From contig MNGO01000004.1 in assembly GCA_001918765.1 (NCBI GenBank), positions 1 through 55,411 of the forward strand: 55,411 bases of DNA, written 5' to 3'. The notes under the pieces were generated by a model that did no database searches, was not told the origin of the DNA, and saw nothing but the letters and a program-made list of their open reading frames with translations. This document shows, piece after piece, positions 35,897 through 44,695 of the stretch. The DNA comes from Crenarchaeota archaeon 13_1_40CM_3_52_10 (lineage in GTDB: Archaea > Thermoproteota > Bathyarchaeia > 40CM-2-53-6). How positions within the stretch are numbered: the stretch's first letter is position 1; the number at the start of each line of letters is the position of its first letter. A program made the position numbers and the translations under genes.

Positions 35897-37459
35897 GTGA
35901 GCAGTACCGAGGAACTTGTCATGGCATGGAAAGAGTTGAGGCACAACGGTGTGGCGTTTCCGCCCCCCTACGAGCCTAGGAAACTCTCGATCCGAATCCA
36001 TGGCACCATTGTTCGACTCTCTCCTGAGGCTGAAGAGTTAGCCTACGCGTGGGGAAAGAAGCGAACCACACCCTACATCCAGGACCCTGTTTTCCAGACA
36101 AACTTTCTCTCAGATTTTCTCAAGCTTCTGCCCGCAAACTTTGCGAATACAAAGTATTCCGACATCGACTTCACACCCGTCTACGAGTATCAGGCGAAGG
36201 AGGAGATGCAAAGGCTGGACCTTGACTTCAAGAAAAAAATGGCAGCTCAGCGAAAACAGCTTCGCCTATCTCTCAAGGAAAAGTATGGTTTCGCAGAGAT
36301 TGATGGGGTCAAGACCGAGATCGCCAACTGGATGGTAGAGCCCCCCAGCCTTTTCATGGGCAGAGGCAGCCACCCGATGAGGGGGCGTTGGAAACCGAGG
36401 GTCCATCCCCAGGATGTTGTTCTAAACCTATCCGAGAGCGTCGAAATTCCTCCAGGAAACTGGAAGGAGATTGTTCACGATCACGACTCCATCTGGATTG
36501 CCCATTGGGTGGACAAGCTCAGCAACGTTCGCAAGTACGTCTGGCCGAGCGACATTTCTGACCTTCGTCAAGAGCGGGACAAGCTCAAGTATGATGCCGC
36601 TCGGAAACTGCAACGCCGCCTACCAGAAGTTCAGCAATTCATCGACAAGAATCTTCTTTCTCCTGACCTGAAGATGCGCAAGCTCGCGACAGTCTCCTAT
36701 CTCATAGACCATCTGGCTATGAGAGTGGGAGATGAGAAGGAAGAAGATGAAGCAGACACGGTAGGCGCTTCAACCCTCAGAGTCGAACACGTCAAATTCC
36801 TTCCACACGGGATCGAGTTCGATTTTCTGGGAAAAGACAGCGTCCGTTGGGAGAAGACCCTGAAGGTAGATGGAACGAACACGCCTATTCGCAAGAACCT
36901 CCAAGAGTTCACACAGGGAAAGAAGGCCGAGGATCTCGTCTTTGACGGAATAACATCTCAGCACGTGAACCGTTTCCTCAACAAAGCGATGAGAGGCCTA
37001 ACGGCCAAAGTGTTCAGAACTCACCACGCGACAGAGACAGTTCAGACCTATCTACGAAGACACAACAGCTTCAAGTCTGAGGAGTCGCCGTATGTGAAGT
37101 TGCATCACGCCCGCGTTGCGAATCTCGAGGCGGCGATCAGGTGCAACCACAAACGGACCCCGTCGAAAACCTGGGAGGGAAGCCTCCTCAAAAAGCAACA
37201 ACGATTGGACGAACTGAAGACGAAGAGGGTAGACACGGATAAGCAGAAGATGAGACTGGAAGAACGTATTCGGAAACTGAAGCTCGACGTAGATCTTCAG
37301 AAGCGGACTCGCGATTACAATCTAGGAACGTCTCTTAGAAACTACATTGACCCAAGGGTCTACAAGAACTGGGCGAACAAAGCCGAATATGACTGGAAGG
37401 GCATCTACCCCAAAACTCTGCAACGAAAGTTTCTCTGGGCATCGAGAGCCAAAGCCTGA
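35897..37459 (+). CDS. DNA topoisomerase IB (eukaryote-type)
   Basis: 520 aa. TAKVFRTHHAT (compare eukaryotic AKVFRTYNAS) and active-site Tyr context LGTSLRNYIDPRV (compare LGTSKLNYLDPRI). Confidence 0.9.
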   Translation: MSSTEELVMAWKELRHNGVAFPPPYEPRKLSIRIHGTIVRLSPEAEELAYAWGKKRTTPYIQDPVFQTNFLSDFLKLLPANFANTKYSDIDFTPVYEYQAKEEMQRLDLDFKKKMAAQRKQLRLSLKEKYGFAEIDGVKTEIANWMVEPPSLFMGRGSHPMRGRWKPRVHPQDVVLNLSESVEIPPGNWKEIVHDHDSIWIAHWVDKLSNVRKYVWPSDISDLRQERDKLKYDAARKLQRRLPEVQQFIDKNLLSPDLKMRKLATVSYLIDHLAMRVGDEKEEDEADTVGASTLRVEHVKFLPHGIEFDFLGKDSVRWEKTLKVDGTNTPIRKNLQEFTQGKKAEDLVFDGITSQHVNRFLNKAMRGLTAKVFRTHHATETVQTYLRRHNSFKSEESPYVKLHHARVANLEAAIRCNHKRTPSKTWEGSLLKKQQRLDELKTKRVDTDKQKMRLEERIRKLKLDVDLQKRTRDYNLGTSLRNYIDPRVYKNWANKAEYDWKGIYPKTLQRKFLWASRAKA

Positions 37460-37464
37460 CTTGT

Positions 37465-38274
37465 CTATCGCGATTTCTTGGGACCTTTGAGCCAGCCTCC
37501 GATACCAAGCTCCTTAGGCTTGCTACCTGCGTCGATCGTAACCGAGCCGTCATTGTGAAGTTGAAGTCTTCGCCATCTGTTGTCGCTTGACATTCCGCGT
37601 AGAGTTCTTACTCTTGCAAAGTGCTCAACCTGTCCTCCCTCATCGCTACTCCGGAATTCGATAATGCCATCGCAGAGTGATTCGAACTGTTTGTAGAAAG
37701 AGTCAGATGCGATCCCCATCATCAGCGAGTGGAACATCGCGAGACCCCTGACCCTCGCGTAGGGAATGATCCTCGTTCTCCAAATGTCGATCATCAGCTT
37801 CTCGTCAGTGTAGTGACACATCACCGAAGTGTTGTCATCAATGTGCAGCCACTGTTTCTCGTCTTCAGCAACTCCCTCCTGGAGCATGGTGACAACTTTG
37901 CTACTCCAGTGATTGAGATCGAAGGACTGGTGTTCGTAGGCTTCGCGTCCCTTCGCTCGCATGCCTTCCGGCGTTTCAGGGTGCGCCAGCCCAGTCATCA
38001 CGTCATAGGTATCCAGTATTCTGAGATGGTCCTTCTGCTCCAGCTCTTTCACCTTCAATCCGAGTTTAGTTAGGGAGTCTCTGACTTCGTGCGGGGGATG
38101 CATGTAGGTATGGTACTCCGTGCGAGCCCCGTTTCTCAACGCGCTAGCGGCTATCGTCAGCGACGTTTCATACCACGGAGAGTCTGGACCGAACTCTACG
38201 AGATAGCTAGCTCCGAATCTGATTCCATTGGGAACGAGATCCTCAAGGATTGCTAGGGCCAGGGTCCGTTCCAA
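37465..38274 (-). CDS. KaiC/RecA-fold protein with degenerate P-loop
   Basis: 269 aa. NGIRFGASYLVEFGPDSPWYETSL sits where KaiC-like proteins have GIP.GS..L..G.PG.GKT. C-terminal CDGIIEFRSS..ARVRTLRGMS matches the KaiC-like core. Confidence 0.6.
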   Translation of the reverse strand: MERTLALAILEDLVPNGIRFGASYLVEFGPDSPWYETSLTIAASALRNGARTEYHTYMHPPHEVRDSLTKLGLKVKELEQKDHLRILDTYDVMTGLAHPETPEGMRAKGREAYEHQSFDLNHWSSKVVTMLQEGVAEDEKQWLHIDDNTSVMCHYTDEKLMIDIWRTRIIPYARVRGLAMFHSLMMGIASDSFYKQFESLCDGIIEFRSSDEGGQVEHFARVRTLRGMSSDNRWRRLQLHNDGSVTIDAGSKPKELGIGGWLKGPKKSR

Positions 38275-38786
38275 GGTCGGGGTTTCACGCTCGATGAGCT
38301 TCCTGTTTCGCTAACACTTATGGTTAAAGCTGAACTAGCTCCAACCGCAAGCAATCGAAACAATACCACAGTCAAGTCATGACAATTGAGACTGAATGAC
38401 CTTGCCAAAAGTTATGGGTGAACTGTGATAGGTACTACTGAGTATTCTTCGGCCCCTACCCAGTTTGGCTTGCGCCGAAATTGGCACTGGCAAGCCAATA
38501 TGCCTGAGTTGTCCTCAATGCGGGCTAAGACTCGAGTTCGAAACTGGATTGCGTCACAGCGAATGGTCAGTTACGTGTGACTCAATTAGAGCGTCATGAG
38601 GCATCGCGTCAGAACGCCATGCCTGGCGCTTGTGTTGGATTATTTTCTCCAAATCAAGTCTGGGAGAGGTTCGATGCTCGATCCTTTGGCCTCGGACACG
38701 CTTAATCTATGGCGTGAGCAGGAAACATCGCATGGCTCAAGCCCCTCAGTTCGACGAGGAAATAGAGATTCTCAATACGACGGTTT

Positions 38787-39329
38787 TTGGCAATGAGTGA
38801 GACCGAGAAACTGATAAAGGCTAATGAAGACCTAGCAAGGTCAGGACCGCTGTTTCCAGTACTGTTTCCAAACGTACTTTTTCCAGCTCGATTGCAAGGG
38901 CCCGAATCATCATCAGGAGGAGGCCTAGCCATCCTCACGTGCATGGACCCTCGAGTCCGCCTGGATTTCATACCGGGATTTGAAAGGGTAACCAGCATCA
39001 TCAGAAACGCTGGCGGCATCGTAACAGATGACGTTGTTCGTTCCCTCATGGTGTCCAACGAAGTCTTGGGCGTGAAGGAATTTTTGATAATTAACCATAC
39101 TGACTGTGCGATGCTCAAGTTCAAGGACTTGGAACTTCAGGGAAGACTTGAGAAAAAGTACGGAAGAGAGGCAGGCCTCATGAAGTTCTACACCTTCTCT
39201 AGTCTAGAACAGAACATCAAAGACCAAGTCCAGAAAGTCAAAAACCATCCCATAGTCCCGAAAGACATTACAGTTTCCGGCCTCATCTATGACGTAGAAA
39301 CCCGAAAGCTCAGCAGGCCCGGCACCTAG
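38787..39329 (+). CDS. Beta-class carbonic anhydrase (Cab-like)
   Basis: 180 aa. Zinc ligand motifs CMDPR and HTDCAM. Confidence 0.75.
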   Translation: MAMSETEKLIKANEDLARSGPLFPVLFPNVLFPARLQGPESSSGGGLAILTCMDPRVRLDFIPGFERVTSIIRNAGGIVTDDVVRSLMVSNEVLGVKEFLIINHTDCAMLKFKDLELQGRLEKKYGREAGLMKFYTFSSLEQNIKDQVQKVKNHPIVPKDITVSGLIYDVETRKLSRPGT

Positions 39330-39382
39330 CCAGTGAGTGCTCTCGTGGTGCCATTCTTCGACCAACTAACCTTGGGACCAAA

Positions 39383-40495
39383 ATGACGCAAACAATTGGG
39401 AGCCCAAGAAATTACGAAGACCTCAAGCGGTCAAATACGCTCAATAAAGTAAGGAAGAAGCCACCACAGTTGAGTAAACTCAAAACCTCCCCCAAGCCCA
39501 ATCTCTTGATTACAACTGAGGCCGTTGACCAAGACAGCATTCAAGCTCTTTCCAAGTACGCCAGAGTCTTCAGCTCTGCCGGACTCGATGAGGCATCGCT
39601 AGCCCGACTGCTTCCGTCCGTAGACGGCCTTCTCGTGTTCTTCTGGCCAAGCTTCCTATCCCCTGAAAACCTCTCAAGAATGAGCCATCTAAGATTTATT
39701 CAGAGCATCCTCGCCGGCGTCAACCACATCCCCTTCGCCCAGCTCACCAAGAAAGTCAGAGTCTGCAGCAATGCGGGCGCTTACTCGGATGAAGTCGCTG
39801 AGTACGCCTGGTCGCTTTTGCTGTCGGCCGCCAAGAGAGTAGTTGACTTTCACAACGCGGTAAAGTCGGAACAATGGACATTGAGGCGAATGTTAGGCGG
39901 AAAGGAAGTGACCATTCTGGGGGATAAGACGCTAGGAATTCTTGGATACGGCGGGATCGGGTCCGCCGTTGCGAGAATCGGTAAGGGGTTCAGCATGAAG
40001 ATCTACGCCTTCTCGAGAAAACCAGTTAGAGAGAAAGGAGTGAGGTCATTTCAAGGCGACAAAGGACTGTTGACGGTTCTTGCAGAGAGCGACGCAGTGA
40101 TAGCGTCGCTCCCTCTAACGAAATTCACCGACAAGATCATTGGCGCGGACAAGCTGGCAACGATGAAGAAGGATGCGATACTTGTGAACATAGCCCGTGG
40201 AGAACTGGTGGACGAAACCGCGCTCTACGAGCACCTGAAGTCTAATCCCGATTTTCGATACGCGACTGACGTGTGGTGGTATCGAGAGGGAAAAGAATCT
40301 CTCAAGACCACGCATCCATTCTTCGAAGTGCCAAATTTCATCGGGACCCCTCACGTATCAGGTCCCTCGGGATTAGCCACTGGGAAACCGGTGAAATTTG
40401 CTGTGGAGAATGTGATCCGCTTCCTCCGGGGTCTCAAGCCGAGGAACATCGTCAACCCCGCAGAATATCTGGCAACTGACAGGCAAGAATACTAG
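39383..40495 (+). CDS. D-isomer-specific 2-hydroxyacid dehydrogenase
   Basis: GILGYGGIGSAV, NIARGELVDE, GTPHVSG. The first about 41 codons are a Lys/Pro-rich extension. TTG at 39506 ((M)ITTEAV) is a plausible alternative start. Confidence 0.85.
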   Translation: MTQTIGSPRNYEDLKRSNTLNKVRKKPPQLSKLKTSPKPNLLITTEAVDQDSIQALSKYARVFSSAGLDEASLARLLPSVDGLLVFFWPSFLSPENLSRMSHLRFIQSILAGVNHIPFAQLTKKVRVCSNAGAYSDEVAEYAWSLLLSAAKRVVDFHNAVKSEQWTLRRMLGGKEVTILGDKTLGILGYGGIGSAVARIGKGFSMKIYAFSRKPVREKGVRSFQGDKGLLTVLAESDAVIASLPLTKFTDKIIGADKLATMKKDAILVNIARGELVDETALYEHLKSNPDFRYATDVWWYREGKESLKTTHPFFEVPNFIGTPHVSGPSGLATGKPVKFAVENVIRFLRGLKPRNIVNPAEYLATDRQEY

Positions 40496-40505
40496 ATTCC
40501 ATCTC

Positions 40506-41465
40506 TCATCCATTCAGAGTCTTGGCAAGGAGACCTAATGACACATTGCCGCCTGATATAACTAGGACGACTTTCTCCCCAAGCCTATCCAGATCCCTAT
40601 TAGCTAGCAGGACGGCTGCTGGCGCGGCTCCGGAGGGCTCTGGGAAGATATGGGCCTCACGGACTAACAGCTTCATCCCCGCAAGGATCTCGTCGTCTGA
40701 GACACTGTAGACGCCATCGACGTATTTCTGACATGCTTCAAGGGTCAGATCCCCTACTGCCGATGGAATAAGTCCGTCCGCGATTGATTTCGGCGAGTCG
40801 AGTGTGACAATCTGCCCGGCTTTGAGGGCTGCTTGTAATTTTGGTGCGCCCTGCGGTTCGACCCCGTAGACCTTCGCTTCTGGCCTTAGCGATTTGATCG
40901 CTGTGGAAATGCCGGAGACGAGGCCTCCTCCACCAACCGGAACTATTACCGAGTCGAAATCGTCCAGCTGATTCGCAATCTCTAGCCCGCAGGTTCCCTG
41001 CCCCGCGATTATGTCAGGGTCGTTGAACGGATGCACGAGGGTCGCTCCAGTCTTATTGACAATCTCCTTGGCCCTCGCGTCGCGATCAGTATTGTATTTT
41101 CCATACCTTATGACTTCAGCGCCATATTCGATGATAGTGTTGACTTTCTCCTGGACCGCAGTCTCCGGTAATACTACGGTGCATTTCTTTCCGAGAAGTC
41201 GAGAACTGTAAGCAACCGCCATTCCATGGTTGCCGGAGGAAACCGCGACGATGTTCTTCGCTGATAGTTGCGAGATCTTGTTGTAGGCTCCTCGAATCTT
41301 GAAGACGCGTATGGGCTGGAAGCATTCGAGCTTCAAGTAGACCCTGCGACCAAATCTCTTCGAGAGAGATGGCGACTCCACAATCGGGGTTTTGGTTGCA
41401 ATGCCTTCGATCCGCTTACTCGCGGCAACAATGTCGGCGAGATTTGGTAATTGGCCTTGGTTCAT
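40506..41465 (-). CDS. Threonine/serine ammonia-lyase (PLP-dependent, TdcB/IlvA-like)
   Basis: PLP-lysine motif VFKIRGA and glycine loop VPVGGGGLVSG. ATG at 41465 (MNQGQLPNLADI) is preferred over the track start at 41510. Confidence 0.85.
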   Translation of the reverse strand: MNQGQLPNLADIVAASKRIEGIATKTPIVESPSLSKRFGRRVYLKLECFQPIRVFKIRGAYNKISQLSAKNIVAVSSGNHGMAVAYSSRLLGKKCTVVLPETAVQEKVNTIIEYGAEVIRYGKYNTDRDARAKEIVNKTGATLVHPFNDPDIIAGQGTCGLEIANQLDDFDSVIVPVGGGGLVSGISTAIKSLRPEAKVYGVEPQGAPKLQAALKAGQIVTLDSPKSIADGLIPSAVGDLTLEACQKYVDGVYSVSDDEILAGMKLLVREAHIFPEPSGAAPAAVLLANRDLDRLGEKVVLVISGGNVSLGLLAKTLNG

Positions 41466-41520
41466 GAATCGGTCTGATTCCAGCTCACTATCCTGAGGAT
41501 AAATGTGCAACGACAGGGCA

Positions 41521-41775
41521 AGAATCGCCCAAAATCAGCCCTGATATGGAATCTGGGATGGGCTCCCTAGACTGCCCTGAGAATCGTTCGTGGATCGCTG
41601 AAGATTTTCCGACTTTTCGCCTCGCCATCCAAGCCTATATTGGACCCAGAATCCCCGGACTCACGCATAAACCCTACCAGACAGCCAAACCCCCTCTCGT
41701 CAAAGAAAAGGGGGTACGTTTCAAGCGTTTTGCAAGGCATGAGCGGGAGTTCCAAATCCCTCCCGCAGAAGCTGT
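41521..41775 (+). repeat. Intergenic repeat element, copy A
   Basis: Shares colinear blocks with 48929-49162: agaatcgccca / tcagccctgat, aatcgttcg, ggactcac, ccagacag, ggggta.gtttcaa. Spacings are the same (59 nt) or nearly the same (134 against 132 nt). Confidence 0.8.
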
Positions 41776-41782
41776 AATTTTT

Positions 41783-41803
41783 CACTGGTGAGACGAACCA
41801 GTG
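41783..41803. other. Perfect 7-bp stem / 7-nt loop hairpin next to a T5 run
   Basis: cactggt-gagacga-accagtg, preceded on the plus strand by ttttt (41778-41782). It lies 14 nt beyond the NAPRTase stop. It could terminate either strand. Confidence 0.35.
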
Positions 41804-41816
41804 TGAATTCGTTCTT

Positions 41817-43019
41817 CTAGGAAGCGCTCAGTCGCCCGAGTTGCCCGAGCACCGTTTCGCGAATATGATCCTCGGACGGAAGCGCCTTCAATATTCGCCC
41901 TTTCGAAAGGAGCGGTGCAAGCAGCCTCCCCATTTTCCCTCCGCAGGTGGGACATTTGGGCTCGGACGCGGTTGCGACTGTAACCTTCTCTATCAGACAA
42001 TCGTCGCATCTCCAGACCATCTTCCTGCCGCCCAGCTTGCCCCTCTTTGCAACAGGTTTCCCGTCAGCCTCTACAATGTCCATGGCGAAGTCGATGCTTG
42101 GCGCGTTGCTGACCGAGGTTCCAACCCCGAACCCGTCCGCTCCGGCGAGAGATAAGGCCGCGACAGATTCATCGTTCAGTCCGCCTGAGACGAAGATCTT
42201 CACATGATTGTATCCTCTCGAGTCTAACTCCCATCTTACCTCTCGAATAATCTCGGCAAAATTACCTCGCCTAGAGCTAGGCGTATCCAATCGAACGCCA
42301 TACAAGTCCTTACCAAGCGCTTCGGCGGCCAGGATAGATTCCGTCTTCTCATCATAGTACGTGTCGACTAGAGCGATTCTTGGCACTTTTTTGGGCATGT
42401 GCTTGTTGAAGCTCTTCCAAGCCTTAACCTGGTTTCCCATCGCAATTATCAGCGAGTGAGGCATTGTTCCAGCAGGATCTTTTCCGAGAAGCCTCGCGCC
42501 GACGATACTGGACACTTCGTCAAACCCCCCAATGTAGCAGGACCGGTCGATCATGGGCGCGAGAGCAGGGTGAGCCCTACGAATCCCAAAAGAGAGGAGA
42601 GTCTTCTTTCCAGCTGCTCTTCTTACTCGAGCTGCCATGGTTGTTATCCCTGATGCGTGGCAGAGAAATCCGAGCAGCGGCGTCTCGTAGAGACAGAAAT
42701 CAAGGTATCGGCCCTCAAGCACCATAACAGGCTCTCTTACACCTTCCACGTCACTTGAATGAAACAAGGTTCCTTCCGGAAAAGAGAGAACATCGATAGG
42801 TACACCTTCTAGCAAATGGGCCGCTTCCTCGACTCCGGCAAGTATGCCCCATTCCCAGTTTTTCGGAAGAGAACCAGTCGTTATCTCTGCAGTTACATGA
42901 AGATCGGATAGTCCCTCTTTTTCGAGAATCTCCTTTGTTCGAGTGAAGTAGACGTCCGTTGTCTCCGCGTTCTTGATCTCATCGTCACTTGCTACCTGGA
43001 ATTTTCTCAAATTAGTCAT
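41817..43019 (-). CDS. Nicotinate phosphoribosyltransferase (archaeal type with C-terminal zinc-knuckle)
   Basis: 400 aa. TDVYFTRT N-terminus, PRTase barrel, C-terminal WRCDDC..CPTCGG. Confidence 0.85.
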   Translation of the reverse strand: MTNLRKFQVASDDEIKNAETTDVYFTRTKEILEKEGLSDLHVTAEITTGSLPKNWEWGILAGVEEAAHLLEGVPIDVLSFPEGTLFHSSDVEGVREPVMVLEGRYLDFCLYETPLLGFLCHASGITTMAARVRRAAGKKTLLSFGIRRAHPALAPMIDRSCYIGGFDEVSSIVGARLLGKDPAGTMPHSLIIAMGNQVKAWKSFNKHMPKKVPRIALVDTYYDEKTESILAAEALGKDLYGVRLDTPSSRRGNFAEIIREVRWELDSRGYNHVKIFVSGGLNDESVAALSLAGADGFGVGTSVSNAPSIDFAMDIVEADGKPVAKRGKLGGRKMVWRCDDCLIEKVTVATASEPKCPTCGGKMGRLLAPLLSKGRILKALPSEDHIRETVLGQLGRLSAS

Positions 43020-43142
43020 TGTCGCGTCCCCATTGATCGAATTATAATGTTAAGGTGGCCAAGAATTGCCGCACCTTCCGACGACACATCGGACAAGTTA
43101 TAACTAGGCTCAACGACTCTCGATAGCGCAGGTTAGTTAATC

Positions 43143-43757
43143 GTGAGATCGCTGGAAGAGCTTGCGAAGAGTGCACGCGAACTGAAAGAACGAGGCTTGT
43201 CCACGTACGAGATAGCGGACGAACTGAAAGTTCAAGCGGACACGGTCGTCTGGCTCCTGCTCCACGGTAAAGACGGAGTCAAGACAAAGGAAACCTACGA
43301 CGTCTACGTCAACTGGAATCCCATCGGATCCAGCGTTCGCCGTCTAACCCTGATCGGCCGAGCAATGGCAGACATGGTCCGCGAAGCCACAGAAGCCGGA
43401 CTGATGGAAGAACCTGAGGTGGTTGCTGGAATCGAGAGCGGCGGAATGGCCCTCGGACTCATCGTCGCAAGATCATTGAACAAGCCCATCGCATCCGTAC
43501 GACCTCAAAGACTCGGCGAGAAGAAAGTCGCAGGCGCAGTGAACCCGAGCTTCTCAAGAGTGGAAGGCAAAAAGGTACTGATCGTCGACACAATCCTCCG
43601 CATGGGAGAAACCATCAGGGCAGCCATCGAGACACTTACTGGAGTAAAGGCAAAGCCTGTCGGAGTCGTGGTGCTCGCGAACAAGAGTGGGAAAGAGAGC
43701 ATCGAAGGAGTTCCCCTACGATCTCTCGTGGAGTTATTGCCGGTGGCGAAACAGTGA
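43143..43757 (+). CDS. PyrE-like phosphoribosyltransferase with N-terminal HTH (GfcR-like)
   Basis: 204 aa. HTH LSTYEIADELKVQADTVVWLL and PRPP loop VLIVDTILRMGET. Confidence 0.75.
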   Translation: MRSLEELAKSARELKERGLSTYEIADELKVQADTVVWLLLHGKDGVKTKETYDVYVNWNPIGSSVRRLTLIGRAMADMVREATEAGLMEEPEVVAGIESGGMALGLIVARSLNKPIASVRPQRLGEKKVAGAVNPSFSRVEGKKVLIVDTILRMGETIRAAIETLTGVKAKPVGVVVLANKSGKESIEGVPLRSLVELLPVAKQ

Positions 43758-43820
43758 GCTATCCTCGATCAAACCGAATAGAAAAATGAATACGGATCTC
43801 TTCCGAGTCAAAAGCGTGCA

Positions 43821-43827
43821 ATTATAT
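43821..43827 (+). promoter_or_regulatory. TATA-like box, spacing consistent with a leaderless transcript
   Basis: attatat is centred about 24 nt upstream of ATG 43848. Confidence 0.35.
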
Positions 43828-43847
43828 CCTGCGGATGCGTCCGGTAT

Positions 43848-44084
43848 ATGGGAAGCGTAGAGAGAATGCCTACCAAGTTTATGCAGTCACTTGACCCGCA
43901 AGTCTACGCAGAACTACGGAAGATCGCAAAGGACAGAGGCATAACAATGCAGGAACTAATCAGGGCTGTGATTGTCCCAGACTGGATGAGAAAAGATGAG
44001 GGCACAAGCGCCCGCGGATCGCCAAGAAGATCCCGAAGGGCACGTAGCGCTTCCAAGAGAGCTAGGGCTAGGATTACCGCTTAG
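43848..44084 (+). CDS. Ribbon-helix-helix (CopG-like) DNA-binding protein with Arg-rich tail
   Basis: 78 aa. MPTKFMQSLDPQVYAELRKIAKDRGITMQELIRAVI fits a beta-strand plus two-helix RHH pattern. Confidence 0.5.
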   Translation: MGSVERMPTKFMQSLDPQVYAELRKIAKDRGITMQELIRAVIVPDWMRKDEGTSARGSPRRSRRARSASKRARARITA

Positions 44085-44149
44085 AGCCCAAAGCTCAGGC
44101 AACGCTTATCTCTCAGCTAACTGAAGATTTCAGATTAGGGGATTAACTG

Positions 44150-44572
44150 TTGTCGGCTCAGGACCGAGTTCCCGCTTACGCGATCTCGCTGCTCGCGGGA
44201 ATATTGACGTTCATCGGTGGATTAGCAAAGGCCTCTACGACAGGTATCGTCAAGTACACTGCTTCCGGAGCCGCCTTCAACGCTTTCGTAGGTAATAGCG
44301 TCCGGGCAACCAATTTCGGCTTTGCCGTTTCCAGCGCAAGAATCTCCGCGGTCATATTGATCCTCTCCGGAATACTCGTCCTGGTCAGCGCAGTGGTAAT
44401 GAGCTTCCGGTCCCACCAATACCCCGCCTGGGGAACCATCATCATAGTATTCTCCGTGGTCGGACTTTTTGCAGGCGGCAACTTCCTCACCGGAGTCGGT
44501 TCTGTTCTAGGAATAATCGGCGGGCTCCTGGCAATCACGTACAAGACGGCTTCGCGTTCTGTGCGGGCATAG
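44150..44572 (+). CDS. Integral membrane protein (hypothetical)
   Basis: 140 aa, four hydrophobic segments. Confidence 0.45.
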   Translation: MSAQDRVPAYAISLLAGILTFIGGLAKASTTGIVKYTASGAAFNAFVGNSVRATNFGFAVSSARISAVILILSGILVLVSAVVMSFRSHQYPAWGTIIIVFSVVGLFAGGNFLTGVGSVLGIIGGLLAITYKTASRSVRA

Positions 44573-44598
44573 TTCGCCTGAACCTCAAGTCTTCAGGA

Positions 44599-44618
44599 TT
44601 CGCTCTTTTTTCAGCGAA
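44599..44618 (+). terminator. Hairpin containing a T6 run
   Basis: ttcgct-cttttttc-agcgaa, about 27 nt after the stop of the 44150-44572 gene. Confidence 0.4.
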
Positions 44619-44695
44619 CGTAGACTATCCACCTATTTCTGCCGGAGCCGTAGTCTTATCTTTGGCCTATGATCTGCTAGCTGATAGGAATTCCT

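Noticed and set aside
38465-38599. 44-codon TTG ORF with CLSCPQC motif in the long spacer
   Set aside because: It is too short, has no Shine-Dalgarno or promoter support, and its Cys spacing is not a clear zinc ribbon. It also coincides with the inverted repeat, which may be the real signal.
41546-41791. 81-aa plus-strand and 72-aa minus-strand ORFs in repeat copy A (with matching ORFs 48755-49243 and 48792-49034 in copy B)
   Set aside because: The blocks conserved between the two copies fall in different reading frames in A and B, and one copy has stops where the other is open. The similarity is therefore at nucleotide level, not protein level.
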